A stretch of DNA of 64,000 nucleotides from an uncultured virus (IMG/VR IMGVR_UViG_2814123061_000003) (IMGVR_UViG_2814123061_000003), one strand, 5' to 3'. Numbered from the stretch's first letter, positions 1 through 9,817 are shown. Notes: a model not told the origin generated them from the sequence alone. Numbers and translations: made by a program.

Positions 1-771
1 TTAAATGACCCGCCCATACCAGACCACTTTGCCAACAATACAAAAATCCGAGGGGACATTGTTAAGGTCAATGTTGAACGGCTTGTAAACCGGGTTTGTG
101 CTCGTAACAATGAGTTGTGCTCCAGGCAAACGCTGCACTCGTTTTACGATTAATTGTCCATCGAGTCGCAATACATAGATTCCCTCTCTAGGTTCCCGAT
201 CACCATGATTTACAAGGATGATATCTTTGTCGTTCAGGACGCCTTCCATCGAGTCGCCTTGCACGCTGATAACAGACAGCTGTTTGGGATCAGCCTTCAA
301 ATGATTAACCACCCAATAACGTCTAAATGATACCGTGAACATAGGCGTTTCATCATCATTCCAAGCACCGTAGCCCGCAGACGCAGTCACGTTATAGCGC
401 GGCACAAAAATGAACTCTTCTAAATCAACTTCATTTCCATGCACATCATTTATGGCTGTACTTGGTGGAGTTGCTGGCCTTGAAATTAAATTGGTACCAG
501 TACTGCTCTGCTCACCCGTTGCAAGCCATTCGATACTCACTCCAGCTGTACGGGCCAGCACAACTAAGTTGTCCAGTGTCGGTTGTGTGTGGCCAGCAAA
601 GTACTTATGCATCGCCCCATAACTAATTCCGCAATCAGCCGCAAATTGACGGATGCTCTTGCCGTCTATCGCTTTCCGCAACCTGTCGCTAAAAGTGGTT
701 CCTTTTTGATTATCACTTAAAGGAACTTTTGGGCCGTTTTCGTTCTGCGGATCCTTTTCTGTATAACTCAT
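1..771 (-). CDS. Phage repressor, XRE HTH plus S24 peptidase (CI-like)
   Basis: HTH SIRQFAADCGISYGAMHKY; S24 motifs ASAGYG, VQGDSM, LIVKRV; divergent from ner; SD GAGGA before the ATG at 771. Confidence 0.9.
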   Translation of the reverse strand: MSYTEKDPQNENGPKVPLSDNQKGTTFSDRLRKAIDGKSIRQFAADCGISYGAMHKYFAGHTQPTLDNLVVLARTAGVSIEWLATGEQSSTGTNLISRPATPPSTAINDVHGNEVDLEEFIFVPRYNVTASAGYGAWNDDETPMFTVSFRRYWVVNHLKADPKQLSVISVQGDSMEGVLNDKDIILVNHGDREPREGIYVLRLDGQLIVKRVQRLPGAQLIVTSTNPVYKPFNIDLNNVPSDFCIVGKVVWYGRVI

Positions 772-905
772 TGATTCCTCCAGTATTAGATGCGTGTTCG
801 CGATAGTTGTCATTTGAGTCACAAAAGGAACCAATAAAAGCTTGTAATTTTCCTTTTAGTGATCAACACTACTATTACAGTGTGTAAGACAGATGAGTTA
901 TTACT

Positions 906-1163
906 ATGTATAAACGAGTAGAATCTCAGAAAACATCAACAAATGGAATCACTTCTTGTGATTGGCATCGTGCTGACATCATTGCCGAGTTACGTAAGAA
1001 AGGGACCACCCTGGCTGGTTTATCCCGTAACGCTGGTTTAAATGCCCGCACTCTCAATAACGCTTTAGACCGTAAATACCCTAAGGGTGAGCGCATTATC
1101 GCTTCTGCAATAGGCGTTGAACCGTCGGTTATCTGGCCTTCAAGATATTGTGAGGTGCTGTGA
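906..1163 (+). CDS. ner: Ner/Nlp-family transcriptional regulator
   Basis: DWHRADIIAELRKKGTTL...IWPSRY signature; lies between repressor and transposase. Confidence 0.93.
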   Translation: MYKRVESQKTSTNGITSCDWHRADIIAELRKKGTTLAGLSRNAGLNARTLNNALDRKYPKGERIIASAIGVEPSVIWPSRYCEVL

Positions 1164-3208
1164 TGTGGTCGACGGTATCTGAGTTAGCTGGATGTGCTGG
1201 TGTACCAGCAACAGAGAGAGGTTGTCGGAAATTTTTGGACAACCTTGCATCCAAGAATCCATCAATGAGAAGAAAACGCACTGGTACAAAAGCGTTTGAA
1301 TACCACATTGATTCGTTACCGATTGTGACTCAGGAAGAATTAAAGAACCGTTATTACAAAGAAATATTATCAACTCAACAGGTAAGTACAAAAGAAACCA
1401 AAACCAGTTCGAATATAGGTTCATCTGATAACGGTAAACTTGCTCTGATTCGCCAGTGCCCGGCTCTTCTTGAGCGTGAAGTGGGCTCTCTGACTGATAA
1501 ACAGAAAGAGATCGCCGATGCTCGTGCTGTTCTGGCAATGGAATTGGAGAAACTGCGCGATGCCGGGATGTCCCGTACCGCAGCGGTTAACTACATCTCT
1601 ATCGAATCCCGTAAAGGTACGTTGCCTGCACATCTGCTTAAGGCTGCTGAGATGGCCAATGCCCGCAAAGGCTCCAGCCGTGTCGGTGTTGGTACCCGTA
1701 GCCTCCAGGAATGGCTGACCATTTTTGAATCCACAAAGCCCGGCGTTGAGCGTATGGCCATGCTGGCCCCTGGCCATCTTAAAGCGAAGAAGCCTGAGCA
1801 GATTACCTGGCTTCCGGCGTTCCTTGCTCACTGGCGTAACCGCAAAGGCCCAAGTCTGCGCGAGGCATACCGGGATTTCCAGGACGAGTGGTCTGTTATC
1901 TATGCTGACCAGCCTGCAATGGCTGCTGCATGCCCCTCTTATGATGCCGTTCGTCGTGCCATGGAGAAGCTACCGCGCCGTGAGAAAGCCCGTGGCCGTG
2001 TGAGTGGTTCGGCTGCGCTGGCTTATGAATGCTTCCAGAAGCGTGACTGGTCCCTTATGCCGGTTAATGGCTGCTGGATTGCGGATGGTAAATCCCTTGA
2101 GATGAAAGTGGCACACCCTGACCATGGACGCCCGTTCACTCCAGAGCTGACGTTAATTATTGATGGCCGGACACGCTTTATTACGGGCTGGAGCCTGGCA
2201 CTTTCAGAAAGCGTTATTGCTGTTGCTGATGCCTACCGTTACGCCATGCGTCATTTCGGCAAACCGTTATTTGTGTATTCCGATAACGGCGGCGGTGAAA
2301 CAAACAAAACGCTTGATGCCGATGTGACGGGTATTTTCAGCCGCCTTGGTATTGAGCACCCGACCAGCATTCCGGGGCGTCCTCAGTCTCGCGGTATCAT
2401 CGAACGGCTTAACAAGGGGGTTCCTCGTCGTGTGGCCATGCAGTTCGATACGTTCAGCGGCGACAGTGCTGACCGGGAGCATGCCCGCATCACCTCGCGT
2501 GCTATCCAGTCAGCCATCAAGGCGCAGGAGAACGGGCGAGAGCTGACGCCAGTACAGCGTAATGCCCTGGGTAAATTGCCCTCCTGGCAGCAGCTGCTTG
2601 ACGCGATCGCCAGCGAAGTTGATGCATACAACAACACGCATGAACACCGCGAGCTTCCAAAACGTAACGGACGTCACATGACACCTGCTGCCTATCGTCG
2701 GGCCGTTCTCGAAGCTGAAGGTGACGATATTGAATATCTGACTGATGTTGAGTTGCGCGAAGCCTTTATGCCGGAGATGGTGCGTACCGCGCAGCGTGGC
2801 TGGTTGCGCCTGTTTAACAACGACTACTTCTCTGAGGAATTAATCCAGGTGGATAGCGAAGAGGTCCGGGTGGCTTTCGATATTCACGATCCCTCTTCCG
2901 TTATCGTTCGCCGGATGGATGGTACCTACGTCTGTACGGCGATCTGGAACGGTAATAAACGTGCAGCAATACCGGTGAGTGCAATGGATGTGGCTGTTGA
3001 GAAACGCCGCCAGCGCCGCCTCAACCGTATTGAAGACAAACGCCAGGAAATTGAAGCAGAGGGCCGCTCTGTATTACCGGGCCAGCGCTTCGACGATCTG
3101 GGGAGTTTTATCCCGGCTGAATTCAGCCGGATTACGGAAGAAGAGCATTATTTCTTCCTCGAAACCGACCGTGATGAATATCTGAAAAAAACCGGTAATA
3201 CCCGGTAA
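1163..3208 (+). CDS. MuA-type DDE transposase
   Basis: N-terminal Mu HTH; DDE motifs WIADG, YSDNG, GIIER; Mu transposase C-terminal region. Confidence 0.95.
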   Translation: MWSTVSELAGCAGVPATERGCRKFLDNLASKNPSMRRKRTGTKAFEYHIDSLPIVTQEELKNRYYKEILSTQQVSTKETKTSSNIGSSDNGKLALIRQCPALLEREVGSLTDKQKEIADARAVLAMELEKLRDAGMSRTAAVNYISIESRKGTLPAHLLKAAEMANARKGSSRVGVGTRSLQEWLTIFESTKPGVERMAMLAPGHLKAKKPEQITWLPAFLAHWRNRKGPSLREAYRDFQDEWSVIYADQPAMAAACPSYDAVRRAMEKLPRREKARGRVSGSAALAYECFQKRDWSLMPVNGCWIADGKSLEMKVAHPDHGRPFTPELTLIIDGRTRFITGWSLALSESVIAVADAYRYAMRHFGKPLFVYSDNGGGETNKTLDADVTGIFSRLGIEHPTSIPGRPQSRGIIERLNKGVPRRVAMQFDTFSGDSADREHARITSRAIQSAIKAQENGRELTPVQRNALGKLPSWQQLLDAIASEVDAYNNTHEHRELPKRNGRHMTPAAYRRAVLEAEGDDIEYLTDVELREAFMPEMVRTAQRGWLRLFNNDYFSEELIQVDSEEVRVAFDIHDPSSVIVRRMDGTYVCTAIWNGNKRAAIPVSAMDVAVEKRRQRRLNRIEDKRQEIEAEGRSVLPGQRFDDLGSFIPAEFSRITEEEHYFFLETDRDEYLKKTGNTR

Positions 3209-3219
3209 GTGAGAGACAT

Positions 3220-4113
3220 ATGAGCCTACAAACAGAACTGAATGAAATTATGTCCCGCAAGGGGTACAGCCAGACACAGGTAGCCCGCGCTTTTGGTAAA
3301 AGCCCGGCAGTGGTTAATCAGTACCTGCAGGGAAAATATCAGGGGGATGTGGGAAGCATCGACGAACTGGCCCGCAGCTTCATTGCCCGCGAAGCCGACA
3401 AGGAAAAGTCGCGTCGCATCACGCCGCGCTATATCCCCACAGTGACCTCCCGCAAAGGGATTGAGGTCATTCGCTTGGCGCACCTGGATGGGGAGATCAA
3501 CGTTCTCTATGGTGCTGCTGGCTTGGGTAAAACCATGATTTTGCGCGAATACGCGTCCAGGCATCGTGATGCGCTGCTGATAGAGGCCGACCCCGGCTAT
3601 ACCGCCCGTGTTGTGCTCGAAGAGCTGTGTGGGCTGCTTGGCCTCAGCAAACGCGGCAACATGCATGAACTCAGCGAAGCCTGTATTGCTGCCCTGCGTG
3701 ATTCAGGTCGCCTCCTGATGGTCGATGAGGCTGAGAACCTTCCATACCGTGCGCTGGAAACACTGCGCCGCATCCACGACAAAGCCGGTATCGGTGTCGT
3801 TCTGGCCGGGATGCCTCGCCTCATTATCAACCTGAAAGGCAAGCGCGGTGAGTATCAGCAGCTTTTCAGCCGCGTGGGTCTGGCGCTCAACATCGGCGAA
3901 TCCCTGCCGCAGGCCGATATCAGCGATATCGCGATCAGTATGCTGCCGGATGCTGAGAACCCTGACGTATCTGAGGCGCTATTCCGGGCGAGCAACGGAA
4001 ACGCCAGACGTCTTTTCAAACTGGTGCGCGGTGTCAGCCGTCACAGCGATATCAGTGGCAATGCAGTCAGCGCAGGCGCTGTCCGCAAGTTCGCAGAAAT
4101 GCTCATTAACTGA
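3220..4113 (+). CDS. MuB-type AAA+ transposition ATPase
   Basis: Walker A GAAGLGKT, Walker B LLMVDEAE, N-terminal HTH; follows transposase. Confidence 0.95.
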   Translation: MSLQTELNEIMSRKGYSQTQVARAFGKSPAVVNQYLQGKYQGDVGSIDELARSFIAREADKEKSRRITPRYIPTVTSRKGIEVIRLAHLDGEINVLYGAAGLGKTMILREYASRHRDALLIEADPGYTARVVLEELCGLLGLSKRGNMHELSEACIAALRDSGRLLMVDEAENLPYRALETLRRIHDKAGIGVVLAGMPRLIINLKGKRGEYQQLFSRVGLALNIGESLPQADISDIAISMLPDAENPDVSEALFRASNGNARRLFKLVRGVSRHSDISGNAVSAGAVRKFAEMLIN

Positions 4114-4123
4114 GGATTTAACC

Positions 4124-4414
4124 ATGACCAGAACATCAGGAAATACCGACAACGCAGGTGTTATCTCCGCGTTGATCCGGGCAGAAACGCTGATTTTATT
4201 TCTGTCAGCTCAGGGGGTTCAGGTGAAAAGCGTATCCCTGCGCAACACACAGCCGGTCATTCGTATCGTGCGCCATGCGTGGTGTGAGCGAATGAAAAAA
4301 GAGGGTCTGGCGCGATTTGATATTACCGGCAATGACCGCCACGGTCGCTTTCGCCAGGGCGTTTATCAGGATGAAAGCGGGTGTCGGGTGGTCTGGTCTG
4401 AATCACTCCATTAA
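4124..4414 (+). CDS. Hypothetical phage protein
   Basis: SD GAGGA then ATG; packed in early operon. Confidence 0.65.
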   Translation: MTRTSGNTDNAGVISALIRAETLILFLSAQGVQVKSVSLRNTQPVIRIVRHAWCERMKKEGLARFDITGNDRHGRFRQGVYQDESGCRVVWSESLH

Positions 4415-4426
4415 GCAGAGGGATAT

Positions 4427-4633
4427 ATGGCAAAGATTGTTATTGAAATAAAAGACAAATCTCGCGGTTTTGAAGTCGGTTGCAGGGTTATCCCTGATGA
4501 CGGCGACAGCGAGATCGTCAGCAAGGTGGCTGACAAAGTCGGTAAAGGTCTGGCTGGTCACGTGCTGGCAAAGGTTAACGAAGCAGTTAAGAAAGTAGCG
4601 CGTCAATTTAAGGAGAGTAAAAATGTCCACTGA
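4427..4633 (+). CDS. Hypothetical phage protein
   Basis: SD GAGGG; operon packing. Confidence 0.7.
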   Translation: MAKIVIEIKDKSRGFEVGCRVIPDDGDSEIVSKVADKVGKGLAGHVLAKVNEAVKKVARQFKESKNVH

Positions 4634-5267
4634 AAACAAGCAATTCACTGAAAAAACAGCGCCAGAGGGTTACTGGATTGACGCCAAGGGCGTACTGACC
4701 CCTGTCAGTCTGATTAAAGATACCGACCAGATGCGTGACGATCTGGTGCGTAGCATCGTCGAAAAAGCGACGGCCCTGAGTGCTGCACTGGCAGAGTTCA
4801 AGCTTAGCGGCTTTTCCGATATCGGAGCCTTTGTTGATATCTCCGCCAGTCAGTACGGCGTCAGCCTGGGCGGTAAAAAAGGTAACGTCACGCTCTACAG
4901 CTATGATGGCCGCTATAAGGTTCAGCGTGCCATGCAGGACCGTATCGCATTTGACGAGCGCCTGCAGGCTGCTAAATCGCTGATTGATGAATGTCTGGCA
5001 GACTGGACCGAGAATGCCACCCCGGAGATTCGCGCCATTATCACCCGCGCATTCCAGACGGAAAAAGAAGGTGAAGTGAACACCGGTGCGGTTCTGTCAT
5101 TGCGCCGCCTTGATATTTCAGACGCTCGCTGGGTCAAGGCGATGGAGGCAATCGGCGAGGCCGTTCAGGTTGTCGGCAGCCGCTCTTATATCCGTGTTTA
5201 TGAGCGCGTTGGTGAAAGCGATCAGTATCGCGCCATTCCTCTCGATATCGCTGGCGTGGGGGTGTGA
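4623..5267 (+). CDS. DUF3164-family Mu-like phage protein
   Basis: GGKKGNVTLYSYDG, FDERLQAAKSLIDEC, YIRVYER motifs. Confidence 0.85.
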   Translation: MSTENKQFTEKTAPEGYWIDAKGVLTPVSLIKDTDQMRDDLVRSIVEKATALSAALAEFKLSGFSDIGAFVDISASQYGVSLGGKKGNVTLYSYDGRYKVQRAMQDRIAFDERLQAAKSLIDECLADWTENATPEIRAIITRAFQTEKEGEVNTGAVLSLRRLDISDARWVKAMEAIGEAVQVVGSRSYIRVYERVGESDQYRAIPLDIAGVGV

Positions 5268-5268
5268 G

Positions 5269-5502
5269 ATGGCCACTCTCTTTGATCGTGTTAAAGCGGG
5301 CAAGCCTCTCAGCCCCTTCATGTTGTATGCAATCAGAGCTGTCATTGCCGAACAGAACGGCGAGTTTCAGCGGGCAGCGGATTCATGGAAGCAGGCATTC
5401 AGTCTGGCAAAAATGGAGGTGAACTCCATTTATGCGGCTTCGCGTATGGAGTTCTGCCGCCACGCCGCGCATCGCGGCTGGGGAGTACCATATGAAAGCT
5501 AA
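5269..5502 (+). CDS. ANR/PerC-like small regulator
   Basis: AEQNGEFQRAADSWKQA...YAASRMEFC pattern. Confidence 0.6.
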   Translation: MATLFDRVKAGKPLSPFMLYAIRAVIAEQNGEFQRAADSWKQAFSLAKMEVNSIYAASRMEFCRHAAHRGWGVPYES

Positions 5503-5683
5503 AGAATTCAATGCCCTTTACCCTAAAGGCAGTTCATTTATCTACCAGCCAGCCACTGGTTTACGCGGTGGCCGTGTAGTCAGAACGGTAGATTTGGCAA
5601 ATGACCTTTATAAGGTCACGGTCGTGGAAATAAATCAGGAGCCTTATTTCGCGAATATTGAATCGCTGAAACTCGTGAACTGA
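5492..5683 (+). CDS. Hypothetical phage protein
   Basis: SD GGGAG; overlaps previous stop; resembles 8101..8316. Confidence 0.65.
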   Translation: MKAKEFNALYPKGSSFIYQPATGLRGGRVVRTVDLANDLYKVTVVEINQEPYFANIESLKLVN

Positions 5684-5763
5684 TTTTAACCGTAATTTAA
5701 ATCACTTTTAAAAATGGCGTAAACCCGCAGGGGCTGGCTTACGCCAAATTCAGGAGTTGAACA

Positions 5764-6483
5764 ATGGAAAATAAAGAGAAATACATCCAGAGAATTAAAA
5801 AGCTGCTCGCGATGGCGCGTAATAACTCCAGCGCCGAAGAAGCCGCACTTGCCCTCCGCCGCGCTCAGCGCCTGATGGAAACCCACAAGCTGACTGAGGC
5901 TGATGCTGATCTGATGGATATCAATGAAGCTTCTACCCAGAAGGCCCCCTCTCATGCTGAGAAGATGCCGGAATATATGGCAATACTGGCAGAGATGGTC
6001 GCCCGCGTTTTTGGTGTGAAGTTTTATACCAGCCATGGCACTGAGCAGTGGGGCAAGCCAGCAAAACGCACCATACACTATTACGGCCCCGACGAACGCC
6101 CTCAGATAGCGGCATATTCATTCGAAGTTCTGGGTAAGCAACTGGCGAAAGCCCGCCGTGATTACCTCTCCACATTACGCAAGAACATCAAACAAGCCAC
6201 CAAAGTTGCCCGCGCAGATACCTTCTGCTCCGCCTGGGTCAACGGTGCTTATGCCGTTGTCAGTGATTTCGCCGTTACGGAGGCGGAGACAACACTGATG
6301 GAGTGCTACCGCAGCCGGAAATTAAGCGAAGGCATGAAAAAGCTGGAACCGCGCAAACCCGGCAAAGCCAGGGGAACGGATAAGGCTGAAAGCGAGGGAT
6401 ATCTGGCTGGCCGCAATGCGCAGCTGCACCACGCGGTAAGCAATTCAGCTAATAAATGCGAACATATCGGAGCAACAAAATGA
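5764..6483 (+). CDS. DUF2786-domain protein
   Basis: RIKKLLAMA...EEAALALRRAQRLMETH signature. Confidence 0.85.
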   Translation: MENKEKYIQRIKKLLAMARNNSSAEEAALALRRAQRLMETHKLTEADADLMDINEASTQKAPSHAEKMPEYMAILAEMVARVFGVKFYTSHGTEQWGKPAKRTIHYYGPDERPQIAAYSFEVLGKQLAKARRDYLSTLRKNIKQATKVARADTFCSAWVNGAYAVVSDFAVTEAETTLMECYRSRKLSEGMKKLEPRKPGKARGTDKAESEGYLAGRNAQLHHAVSNSANKCEHIGATK

Positions 6484-6917
6484 AAACCTCATATCAACTG
6501 GAAACCACACCAGTCAAAGAACTGGTGCGGGCTGGTCACGAATTCGCAGCGGCAATGGGTGCTGATATCCCCTTAATCGAGATCGCAAAGCTGGTCAGTC
6601 GACTGGCTACGGCGCTTGATGTCCAGTTCACTCGTGCTAATACGTTGGCATCACTGGCCGTTGAGCCTGTGGCGTTCATCAATGGAGCCAGAGAGCCCGT
6701 GCTGTATGGAGAGCATATTGGAATAGCAATCGCGACTGAATTGTATGCCGCCGCGCCAGCACCGGTAGTGCCAGAGGATATCCCCGACAGCGTGTACGAA
6801 ATCCTATGTCAGGCATGTGGTGGCGGAGAAAAAGCCTGTGATTTCGCAGAGGACATTTGGGACGCGTGCCGCAAGGCTATCGCAGTATCAAATCGTCCAC
6901 AGGGGAAAACCATATGA
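6480..6917 (+). CDS. Hypothetical phage protein
   Basis: Translational coupling with neighbours. Confidence 0.6.
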   Translation: MKTSYQLETTPVKELVRAGHEFAAAMGADIPLIEIAKLVSRLATALDVQFTRANTLASLAVEPVAFINGAREPVLYGEHIGIAIATELYAAAPAPVVPEDIPDSVYEILCQACGGGEKACDFAEDIWDACRKAIAVSNRPQGKTI

Positions 6918-7174
6918 CCATCACCGAAATTCTTAATACCGGACTCGCTTTCATGGGTTGGCTATTCATCATGGTCCAGGCCGGTAAGTGGTTTACCTCT
7001 GTGGTCTTGAAATCCTGGGATAAGCATCGTAAGTCATCACGTCGCCAGAAGGCTGTTGATGAGTTGTACGATGCCTTCGATCTGCAGAGCATTGAGCCTG
7101 GTACTACCGTTCGTCTCGCCACAAAGGGTGCTCTGACAATCATGATGTTCCGCTCTGAGGAGGCAGCCAAATGA
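6914..7174 (+). CDS. Hypothetical membrane protein
   Basis: ATGA overlap; N-terminal hydrophobic helix. Confidence 0.6.
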   Translation: MTITEILNTGLAFMGWLFIMVQAGKWFTSVVLKSWDKHRKSSRRQKAVDELYDAFDLQSIEPGTTVRLATKGALTIMMFRSEEAAK

Positions 7175-7341
7175 CAAACCGCAAAGCAAGAAGAATGCTG
7201 CGCATGCCTTTCAAATTCAGTAACCGTAAAGCGATGACAGGCTGGCCAGCAACGATACCCCAGCCAGGCAACGAGTGGTGCGACAAAAAGAAACGCAGCG
7301 CTGCACAGAACCGCTGGAAAAATCATGCGAGGTACCTCTGA
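7171..7341 (+). CDS. Small basic hypothetical protein (56 aa, not in ORF track)
   Basis: Hand translation MTNRKARRMLR...HARYL; SD GAGGAGG; coupled on both sides. Confidence 0.6.
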   Translation: MTNRKARRMLRMPFKFSNRKAMTGWPATIPQPGNEWCDKKKRSAAQNRWKNHARYL

Positions 7342-7715
7342 TGAATATAAATAAACATTCTGAGCGTAAGCCAGTGGTTTTCATTGCCGGGCCAATGACC
7401 GGGTATCACAACTTTAACCGCGATGAATTCAACGCTGAGGCTCGCATCCTGGAAGAGCGCGGCTTCACCGTTCTTAACCCGGCCATTCTTCCGGACGGCC
7501 TGCAGCATGAGCAGTACCTGCAAATTACATTGTCCATGCTTGAGCAGGCTGATGCTGTTTTCCTCCTAGACGGGTGGGAAAAGAGCACCGGCGCAACCAG
7601 GGAGTTTGATCGCGCCTGTGAGCTGGGCCTGCTGTTCCTCTACCAGAACTGGGAAAGCGTGTCGATTGCGGCCTATCGCAAACGCGGCCCGTCAATGGAG
7701 GTGGGTCATGCATAG
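7341..7715 (+). CDS. DUF4406-family protein
   Basis: VFIAGPMTG, VLNPA, LDGWEKSTGATRE motifs. Confidence 0.85.
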   Translation: MNINKHSERKPVVFIAGPMTGYHNFNRDEFNAEARILEERGFTVLNPAILPDGLQHEQYLQITLSMLEQADAVFLLDGWEKSTGATREFDRACELGLLFLYQNWESVSIAAYRKRGPSMEVGHA

Positions 7716-7923
7716 CGTATCCGGTTGTAAGTTCCTGGATAACGGAAACCGCCGAGTCTGGTACTTCCGCGATAACAGTCAGGTTGTCGAGTTGTTGGCG
7801 GTGCCGCTTAAGTTGCGCTTCAACTATTACGACGCCAGCAACCGTACAGTTCGCAATAAGGGTACTCAGGCTGATATGAAAAAGGCGATTGAATCTTTCA
7901 AGAAACTGCGGGGGATAAAGTGA
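7708..7923 (+). CDS. Hypothetical phage protein
   Basis: SD GGAGG; operon packing. Confidence 0.6.
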   Translation: MHSVSGCKFLDNGNRRVWYFRDNSQVVELLAVPLKLRFNYYDASNRTVRNKGTQADMKKAIESFKKLRGIK

Positions 7924-8141
7924 TGGATATAGCTTTAGTCCTCATATTTCTGGCGATGTATTTAACACTTGGCTGGTGTTGGGTATGCATCCTTGTCCGA
8001 TTAGTGGGATTAGCTAATCTATCCCGCCAGAATTGCTGGTTTGCCTTTCTCTTGTGGCCTTTGAGCATTATCGCGACCGATGCGAACCTGGAGGAAAACG
8101 ATGAGACATCTCCTGAGAAATCTGACAGCAAAGACGTTTAA
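7920..8141 (+). CDS. Small membrane protein
   Basis: Two hydrophobic segments; GTGA overlap. Confidence 0.55.
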   Translation: MMDIALVLIFLAMYLTLGWCWVCILVRLVGLANLSRQNCWFAFLLWPLSIIATDANLEENDETSPEKSDSKDV

Positions 8142-8316
8142 CCAGCGCTTCCCCGTTGGCTCACAGTTCCATTATTACCTGACGCCCGGTGTATCGGAGC
8201 GGGAAATTGTAATAACCCGATCAGCAGCCTGGCATATGCGCAATGGTCGTCTGGTTGTCAGGGTTGAAGGGAAAATCGGTGGTATATCAGTCAGCAAAAT
8301 GGAACCTTTAAAGTAA
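8101..8316 (+). CDS. Hypothetical phage protein
   Basis: SD GGAGG; resembles 5492..5683. Confidence 0.6.
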   Translation: MRHLLRNLTAKTFNQRFPVGSQFHYYLTPGVSEREIVITRSAAWHMRNGRLVVRVEGKIGGISVSKMEPLK

Positions 8317-8377
8317 GTCATTACAGCAGGCACTTCACAAAGTGCCTGCGATAATGGCAACCAACAGGAGGAATATT

Positions 8378-8854
8378 ATGTCCACGCCAGCAAAACGAGG
8401 CCTTATCGGGGCTATTAAAGCGGGTCAGGCATATTTAGGATGGGATGATGTTACTTACCGCAGCGTGTTGTCTCGCTTATGCAACGGTAAAACATCATCC
8501 ACTAAATGCACCCTCAACGAGCTGCAGGCTGTCAGGGAATATATGCATGATAAGGGCTTTCCTCGCTACTCAGCAAAACACGGTCGACGCCCAAAGGTTG
8601 CCAAAACGCGTGAATCAATTCTTGCTAAAATTCATGCATTACTTGCAGATGCAAAACGTCCGTGGAATTATGCCGAGAAAATGTGCGATCATATGTTCCA
8701 CGTCAAATACATCGAGTGGTTGACGACAGAACAGTTAACCAAACTCATGCAGGCTCTCAGCATTGATGCGAGTCGGCGAAAAAAGCGGGAGCGTAATAAT
8801 GAATCTGGAACAGGTAACGGAGCTGCTGCCATCAGCAGTGATACAAATAGCTGA
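8378..8854 (+). CDS. gemA: Mu gp16/GemA-like protein (DUF1018)
   Basis: LGWDDVTYRSVL...GKTSSTKCT...GF motif; directly upstream of mor. Confidence 0.85.
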   Translation: MSTPAKRGLIGAIKAGQAYLGWDDVTYRSVLSRLCNGKTSSTKCTLNELQAVREYMHDKGFPRYSAKHGRRPKVAKTRESILAKIHALLADAKRPWNYAEKMCDHMFHVKYIEWLTTEQLTKLMQALSIDASRRKKRERNNESGTGNGAAAISSDTNS

Positions 8855-9233
8855 CCTGATAGGCTTCCCGGCGACCGAGCAGCTTCTTTCTGCTTTTGGT
8901 GGTACCACGTTCCCGATAGGTAAAGGCCTCCGCGCTATGGGGGCCAGCCGTGCAGCCCTCCTGCGCGATACTATCGGCGATGAGAAAACTCAATTACTTA
9001 TCAAGAATTTCGGCGGCGAAGTTCTCTATTTACCGCGCTGTGATCGTGCCCTTCGTGAATTACGTAACCGTCGCTTTCTCGCCGAGTTCGCCGAAGTGCG
9101 TGAACAAGGTTCATCCTCTCTTATGGCCATGACCTTTCTTTGCCCTAAGTATGGATTTAGTGATCGCTTTGCGTGGGAACTTCTTGCACAGCAGAAAAAC
9201 AAAGATTGTAACAGTCAAGGAAAATTATTCTAA
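8799..9233 (+). CDS. mor: Mor/C-family transcription activator
   Basis: FGGTTFPI, FGGEVLYLPRC, RNRRF and C-terminal HTH. Confidence 0.85.
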   Translation: MNLEQVTELLPSAVIQIADLIGFPATEQLLSAFGGTTFPIGKGLRAMGASRAALLRDTIGDEKTQLLIKNFGGEVLYLPRCDRALRELRNRRFLAEFAEVREQGSSSLMAMTFLCPKYGFSDRFAWELLAQQKNKDCNSQGKLF

Positions 9234-9739
9234 TGGGCAATGCAATGAGATATATGGCATTTTTCTTGGTGGTATTTAGTACTACTGCAGTAGCAAAAAC
9301 AGTACCCAATACAAAAGCAGTAGAGACTTATAAAAATCAACTTGAGGAAACCAAGAGAATATTTAATGAAACGCAGAGCACTTTAATGGGTGCAACTGCT
9401 GTTTTTGATATGTACAAGAATCTGGGATATCTTACACCTGAAGTTGTTGCAGTGAGTCGTCATTTCCTCCTCCTTGATGAGGATGCGAAAAAATTGTATG
9501 GGGAGAATCTTCTTTTAAACCCTACACCTTTTAGCTCTTGCGCTACGTTACCAGCAGCAGCTTACTCATATTGGATGGCAAGGCTATCTTCATTAAAAAC
9601 TGATAATGTTAAGGCTGTGAATGCGCAGGGTGAATCATACATAAAACAGGGTAAGGAATGTAAATTTGCAATTAACAACCCACCTCCTGCGCATATTGAA
9701 GAAAGTGACGATGTAGAGATAATTGATGTTACTCAATAA
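9233..9739 (+). CDS. AT-rich exported hypothetical protein (moron)
   Basis: Signal-peptide-like N-terminus ending AVA; lower GC than flanks. Confidence 0.7.
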   Translation: MGNAMRYMAFFLVVFSTTAVAKTVPNTKAVETYKNQLEETKRIFNETQSTLMGATAVFDMYKNLGYLTPEVVAVSRHFLLLDEDAKKLYGENLLLNPTPFSSCATLPAAAYSYWMARLSSLKTDNVKAVNAQGESYIKQGKECKFAINNPPPAHIEESDDVEIIDVTQ

Positions 9740-9740
9740 G

Positions 9741-9787
9741 CCACTGAACCCCTTCACCTGATTATTCACCTAACCCGATGAAATACT
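9741..9787 (+). promoter_or_regulatory. Late promoter 1 (lysis operon), activator-binding repeat
   Basis: CCACTGAACCCCTTCACCTGA, repeated at 17897 and 29742; AATACT at the same offset as the other -10-like hexamers. Confidence 0.75.
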
Positions 9788-9817
9788 GACGCCATCCCTT
9801 TTTAACCGGATGGCGTT

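Noticed and set aside
4623..5267. Mu Gam (Ku-like) call
   Set aside because: Motifs fit DUF3164 rather than Gam
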